From contig CAZQDL010000002.1 of the NCBI GenBank assembly GCA_964592365.1, positions 30,080 to 82,917 of the forward strand: a stretch of DNA of 52,838 nucleotides. Direction: 5' to 3'. The position numbers and the translations under genes were made by a program. Under the pieces are notes generated by a model, which saw only the letters and a program-made list of their open reading frames with translations, searched no databases and was not told the origin of the DNA. Source of the DNA: an uncultured Candidatus Saccharibacteria bacterium. Lineage in GTDB: Bacteria > Patescibacteriota > Minisyncoccia > Phycocordibacterales > UBA1006. Shown here one piece after another: positions 48,323-52,838 of the stretch (the stretch's first letter is position 1; each line of letters starts with the position of its first letter).

Positions 48323-50140
48323 ATGTTAAGCTCACAAGAAATTAGAAAAAGATTTTTAGCTTTTTTTGAAAAAAGAAACCACGTTATTCTCGATTCAACT
48401 TCAGTGGTAAGTACTGATATTGCACAAGAAACAAATGCAACTCTTTTTAATACTGCAGGGATGCAACCACTTGTTCCATATCTATTAGGGAAAAAACATG
48501 AGTTAGGAACACGATTAGCAAGTTCTCAAAAATGTATTCGAACAGGAGACTTAGATGAGGTTGGAGATAATACGCATTTAACTTTTTTTGAGATGTTGGG
48601 GAACTGGTCACTTGGTGATTATTTTAAAGAAGATGCAATTAAATACTCTTGGGAATTTCTAACGAACAAAGAAGAAGGTCTTGGGTTAGATGAGAGTAGA
48701 ATATATGTGACTGTTTTTGCTGGAAATGATCTTGTTCCGAAAGATGATGAGGCCATTGAAATTTGGAAACAATATATCCCTGAACATCGAATTTATTTAC
48801 GAGATAGTAAAGATAACTGGTGGACAGCAGGAAGTGATTCACCTGCAGGACCATCAACTGAAATGTTTTACGATTTAACGGGTACTTTAGGTGATATGTC
48901 TCAAGAAGCTTTTGAGCAGGCAGACGAAGAGCAAAAAGTAGTTGAAATCTGGAATGATGTATTCATGGCATATCGACAGGAAGGAGGAGAAATTGTCGGT
49001 TCACTGCCTCAGAAAAATGTTGATACTGGAGCAGGATTAGAACGAGTTACTGCTGTTGTACAAGGAGTTCCTCATGTATTTGATACTGATTTATTTATTC
49101 CAATAATGAATATTATCAAAGAACATGCTACTTCATACCGTGAACGTGAAGCACGTATAATTGCTGATCATATAAAAACAGCAGTGTTTATGCTTCAAGA
49201 TGGTGTTGTTATTTCAAATACTGGTAGAGGATATGTCTTAAGAAGAATCCTTCGAAGAGCATATGATGCGATGGAAGTAATTTCTTTTTCAGAAAAAAAA
49301 GTACCTCTATTAGTTCATGCTGTTGTAGCAATGTATGGAGACTTATATTTTGCAAATGCTAATGAAAAAACAATTGCGATAAAAATAAAGGTGATTGCAA
49401 CTGAATTAGACAAAGTTATTCATATTATCACTCAAGGAAATACCCTGTTTAAAAAGCTCTCTCTTTCAGGGGTGAAGCGAATTGATGGAACATTTCTTGC
49501 AGAACTGAGACAAACAAAAGGACTTCCTCTTTCTGTTTCACTAAAGCTAGCAAATAAATACGAGATTTCTCTTACCGATGATGCTCTTGATGAATATCAT
49601 CATATAACAAAGCAACATCAAGAAAGTTCACGAAGTGCAGGGGAAGGAAAATTTAAAGGAGGACTTGCAGATGATACTCCTAAAATTCGAGCGTTACATA
49701 CCGTAACGCATCTTATGTTAGCCGGTTTACGTAAATATCTTGGTGATTCTGTTCATCAGAAAGGTTCAAATATTACCGAAGAAAGAACAAGATTTGATGT
49801 TACTTTTGAACAAAAAATTGAACCTGAGATTTTGAAGAAAGTAGAAGATTATGTAAATGAAGCTATTGAAGCAGGAGCTTCCGTTGAGATTGAGATTCTC
49901 AAGAAAACCGATGCTCAACAGCAAAAAGATATCACTGCTTCATTTTGGGAACGATACCCAGATGAGGTGAAGGTCTATTCAATTCGTTCAGAAGAAGGTC
50001 AAACCTACTCACGTGAATTATGTGGAGGACCACATGTACAATCAACTACAGAGATTTCTGAATTTGGAAGATTTAGAATTGTAAAAGAAGAATCTTCTTC
50101 AGCTGGGATAAGAAGAATTAAAGCAGTACTAGAAAAATAA
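48323..50140 (+). CDS. alaS: Alanine--tRNA ligase, 605 aa, lacking the C-Ala domain
   Basis: FNTAGMQP, HLTFFEMLGNWSLGDYFK, VDTGAGLER, editing motifs HTVTH and ELCGGPHV; ends at GIRRIKA. Confidence 0.97.
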   Translation: MLSSQEIRKRFLAFFEKRNHVILDSTSVVSTDIAQETNATLFNTAGMQPLVPYLLGKKHELGTRLASSQKCIRTGDLDEVGDNTHLTFFEMLGNWSLGDYFKEDAIKYSWEFLTNKEEGLGLDESRIYVTVFAGNDLVPKDDEAIEIWKQYIPEHRIYLRDSKDNWWTAGSDSPAGPSTEMFYDLTGTLGDMSQEAFEQADEEQKVVEIWNDVFMAYRQEGGEIVGSLPQKNVDTGAGLERVTAVVQGVPHVFDTDLFIPIMNIIKEHATSYREREARIIADHIKTAVFMLQDGVVISNTGRGYVLRRILRRAYDAMEVISFSEKKVPLLVHAVVAMYGDLYFANANEKTIAIKIKVIATELDKVIHIITQGNTLFKKLSLSGVKRIDGTFLAELRQTKGLPLSVSLKLANKYEISLTDDALDEYHHITKQHQESSRSAGEGKFKGGLADDTPKIRALHTVTHLMLAGLRKYLGDSVHQKGSNITEERTRFDVTFEQKIEPEILKKVEDYVNEAIEAGASVEIEILKKTDAQQQKDITASFWERYPDEVKVYSIRSEEGQTYSRELCGGPHVQSTTEISEFGRFRIVKEESSSAGIRRIKAVLEK

Positions 50141-50176
50141 CCTTTGGGTTATTTTTTTGTTATACTATTAGTATCA

Positions 50177-51343
50177 ATGTCTAAGAAAGAACAAATGCAT
50201 ACCTCAGTACTTTTCGAACTCGACTCAGGATCAATAGCTGTTTCTGTTTGTGAATTTCAACAAGGATCTTCTTTTCCAAAAAAAGAAAGAATGAGTAAGA
50301 GAATAGCACTTACACAAACAGATTCTTTTGATCGGTTTTTTGCTCAATCTCTTAAAACCTTAGAAGCACTTGCACATGAAGCACAACGACATGCTTCACA
50401 AATTGATAGTATTTATGTTTCGCTAAGTGCTCCATGGGTTAGTTCACAAAAGCGGGTAATACGTCACGTAAATGAAAAAGGTTTTGAGGTTACAGAATCA
50501 CTTTTATCAAAACTCATTAAAAAAGAATTAGAGTATCCACTGTCAAAAAATCTAGATTATCATAAGCATCATAATCAATTAGAGATTTTCGAACGCCGTA
50601 CTATTGATGTGTATATTAATGGATATCCTACCTTGCATCCTATTCAAAAGAGAAAAGTTAGAGATATTGCCATTCATTCACTTGTGAGTGTTATAACTAC
50701 CACCACAAAAGATGCAGTAGTTCACACTATTGAACGAGTATTTCATCGTCAACCTGATCTTGTTTCAAATACCTTCATATTGTACCAAGTAATACGAACC
50801 TTCTTACCAGAAGAAAATAATGTAATGATTTTGGATATTGGAGGTATGCATACTGAAATGTATACAATATATCAGGATCATCTAACTGATATTGCAAGCT
50901 TTCCAGTTGGTGAACATCATATTCTTGAAGAACTTACAAAGAAAGCTTCGGTTTCAGAAGATAAGGCTCGAAGCCTTATGACCTTATTCATTCAAGAGAA
51001 GCTGCATGAGGAATATCATCAAGAAATTAGCTTACTTATGAAAAAAACATATCAACTTTGGCTCTCTGCTTGGTATGAGGTGTGTAATACTCTTTCTGCA
51101 AAACAGCTTCTCCCATCAACTATTTGTATTATCGCACCTTCATATATTGTTCCATGGATGAGGTATCATATTCTTCAAACAGATGAACTCATGGAGCACC
51201 TGCATACTCATTCAAAGATTAGAATGATAGAGTTGCCATATTTTATTAAATTAAAAGCAGAAGAAGATCATGTTCTACATACTCGTGATGCTGAATTACT
51301 TCCTATGACTCACGTAATTTCAACCTTAATCTCATATGAATAA
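50177..51343 (+). CDS. Divergent FtsA/actin-fold-like protein
   Basis: N-terminal LFELDSGSIAV (degenerate phosphate-1), INGYP, and ILDIGGMHTE..SFPVGEHHI (phosphate-2 region). Confidence 0.65.
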   Translation: MSKKEQMHTSVLFELDSGSIAVSVCEFQQGSSFPKKERMSKRIALTQTDSFDRFFAQSLKTLEALAHEAQRHASQIDSIYVSLSAPWVSSQKRVIRHVNEKGFEVTESLLSKLIKKELEYPLSKNLDYHKHHNQLEIFERRTIDVYINGYPTLHPIQKRKVRDIAIHSLVSVITTTTKDAVVHTIERVFHRQPDLVSNTFILYQVIRTFLPEENNVMILDIGGMHTEMYTIYQDHLTDIASFPVGEHHILEELTKKASVSEDKARSLMTLFIQEKLHEEYHQEISLLMKKTYQLWLSAWYEVCNTLSAKQLLPSTICIIAPSYIVPWMRYHILQTDELMEHLHTHSKIRMIELPYFIKLKAEEDHVLHTRDAELLPMTHVISTLISYE

Positions 51344-52733
51344 CAAGAATAATATAGATGGTATCAAGAGAAAACCGATATCTCCGATAAAGAAAGTTTC
51401 AAAGCGAAGCATTCCAATTGAAAAAAAACCTCCTGTTGTTCAGGAAATTCGTGATGTTCAATTGCCACGTAAATACAATATTACAAAGGTAAGTCGAGTT
51501 GATGTTGATTTAGCTAGAAATTCTTCAAACAGAATACCACCTGTTGAGAAGAATATATCTTCTGTTAAACGAGAAAGAAAAACACCATTTTGGGTAAAAA
51601 TTTTCATCCCAATTGTTCTTGGACTTACTGCATCAGCAGTACTTATCAATCAATTTGATAGCGCTGTTATCCGTGTTGAGCCAATGGTGAAAAAAGCAGA
51701 TATTAGTAGAAACATAACTTCAGTAGCTGAAGGGAATTCACAGCAGTTAGAATTTTCAATGATTGCATTCACTGAAACTCAATCAATTGAGCTTGCCCCT
51801 GATACTGAGGAGATGTCACAGAATAGAGCATCAGGTACCATTAGAATCTTTAATGATTATAGTACTTCACCTCAAAAGTTATCTCCTAAAACTAGATTTG
51901 AATCAGTAGATGGAAAAATTTTCCTTTTGGGTGATGAAGAACTTATCATTCCAGGGAAAAGTGGAGATATTCCGGGAGAAGTTCTTGCAACCGTATATGC
52001 TCAAGAACCAGGGGAATCATATAACATTGATGTAACTGATTTTAGTATCCCAGGATTCTTGGAAATTGGTTTAAATGAAAAATACACTGGTATTTATGCT
52101 CTTTCAACTCAAGCATTCAGCGGAGGATCTTCAGGAATGGTACCTGCTATTTCAAAAGAACTAAAAGATCGTCAAACAAAGGATCTTGAATTGAAAGTTC
52201 AATCTGCTTTAGAAGAACGTCTACTTTCAGAAAAAACAGTGAACATGCAGTTAATTGAAAACAGTGTATCTATTGTTTTCAAAGAACCACGTTATGAAAT
52301 AAAAGAGGGTGGTAAAAAGGGAACACTATCGGTTTCAGGTAGTATCTTCGCACTACTTCTTGATACTCAAAAATTGGCATCATACCTAGCAATTCAAGAA
52401 TTAGGTGTACAAAGTCCAGATGAAGTTTCGCTATTAGATGGAACTAATCTAGTTGCTTTGTATACTGGTTTTGGACCAATTAACTATCAATCAATATCAT
52501 CTGCACAGATTAAGGTTTCAGGTACTGCATATTTTGTTTGGAATCTTAATAAAGAAAAAATTGCAGAAATATTTGCTGGAACACAAAAGAAAGATGTTGC
52601 TATTACATCAAAGCAATCAGCTTCAATTGGTTCGGTTCGAATAACAAATCATCCAAGATGGCGGAATATTCTTCCTTTAAATGAGGAAAACATAGAAATA
52701 CGAGAGATTCCAAGAGAAAAACAACCACGTTAG
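51336..52733 (+). CDS. Single-TM protein with baseplate J/gp47-like domain
   Basis: Basic disordered N-terminus, TM helix, then RASGTIRIFN..TRF..IPG..AQEPGESYNI..FSGG motifs; overlaps the FtsA-like gene by 8 nt. Confidence 0.7.
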   Translation: MNNKNNIDGIKRKPISPIKKVSKRSIPIEKKPPVVQEIRDVQLPRKYNITKVSRVDVDLARNSSNRIPPVEKNISSVKRERKTPFWVKIFIPIVLGLTASAVLINQFDSAVIRVEPMVKKADISRNITSVAEGNSQQLEFSMIAFTETQSIELAPDTEEMSQNRASGTIRIFNDYSTSPQKLSPKTRFESVDGKIFLLGDEELIIPGKSGDIPGEVLATVYAQEPGESYNIDVTDFSIPGFLEIGLNEKYTGIYALSTQAFSGGSSGMVPAISKELKDRQTKDLELKVQSALEERLLSEKTVNMQLIENSVSIVFKEPRYEIKEGGKKGTLSVSGSIFALLLDTQKLASYLAIQELGVQSPDEVSLLDGTNLVALYTGFGPINYQSISSAQIKVSGTAYFVWNLNKEKIAEIFAGTQKKDVAITSKQSASIGSVRITNHPRWRNILPLNEENIEIREIPREKQPR

Positions 52734-52744
52734 TGGTTGTTTTT
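52717..52744 (+). terminator. Intrinsic terminator
   Basis: AAAAACAACCAC-gtta-GTGGTTGTTTTT, overlapping the stop codon. Confidence 0.8.
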
Positions 52745-52786
52745 ATTGACATAAATAGGACTTCTGTTAGTATCCCAGATATCGCA

Positions 52787-52838
52787 ATGAGTAAGGATAA
52801 CAAGCAAACAGTTACAGGGACCGTGGTGGAATGTCTTC
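52787..52838 (+). CDS. infA: Translation initiation factor IF-1 (5' partial)
   Basis: MSKDNKQTVTGTVVECL(P) matches the IF-1 N-terminus; promoter TTGACA-N16-TAGTAT at 52746-52773. Confidence 0.8.
   Translation, partial: MSKDNKQTVTGTVVECL

Noticed and set aside
51336-52733. Prophage or contractile injection system
   Set aside because: The J-like gene has a TM helix and lies among core genes, with no tail, sheath, capsid or integrase genes.
1-52838. Genetic code 25 or 4 (TGA as sense) for the whole genome
   Set aside because: rpoB, rpoC, uvrA and all other long genes are uninterrupted in code 11; only one in-frame TGA was seen.
1-52838. CRISPR array or rRNA gene
   Set aside because: No regularly spaced repeats; the palindromes are isolated and differ from one another; no rRNA-like segment.

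Overview
AT-rich, gene-dense chromosomal segment of a reduced-genome bacterium. It is most consistent with Patescibacteria/CPR (Parcubacteria-like); this is inferred from the split transketolase, short EF-Ts/ProRS/AlaRS, many type IV pilins, an FtsA-like plus baseplate-J-like gene pair, and a sigma4-winged-helix protein. Translation is standard code 11. Content: a sugar-phosphate cluster (gap end, rpiB, rpe, tktN/C, pfkB, fba), information-processing genes (truB, hpf, fmt, def, hisS, trmD, rpoB-rpoC-dnaG-rpoD, tsf, rpsB, proS, tgt, rpmA, uvrB, uvrA, mnmA, alaS, infA start), mreBC, mltG, RNase P RNA and tRNA-Thr(TGT). No transposase, integrase, reverse transcriptase or CRISPR array is visible. 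Main unexplained structures: (1) a 1045-bp two-pilin module bounded by a 25/26-identical palindromic direct repeat, whose removal would exactly restore a convergent gene pair; (2) five dispersed pilin genes with mosaic DNA identity in the constant region, two of them in inverted orientation around rnpB; (3) about 19 genes with a -10 box 6-7 nt before ATG, implying leaderless transcription; (4) long terminator palindromes built from the last codons of genes; (5) a HAD gene with one in-frame TGA in a window that almost never uses TGA as stop.
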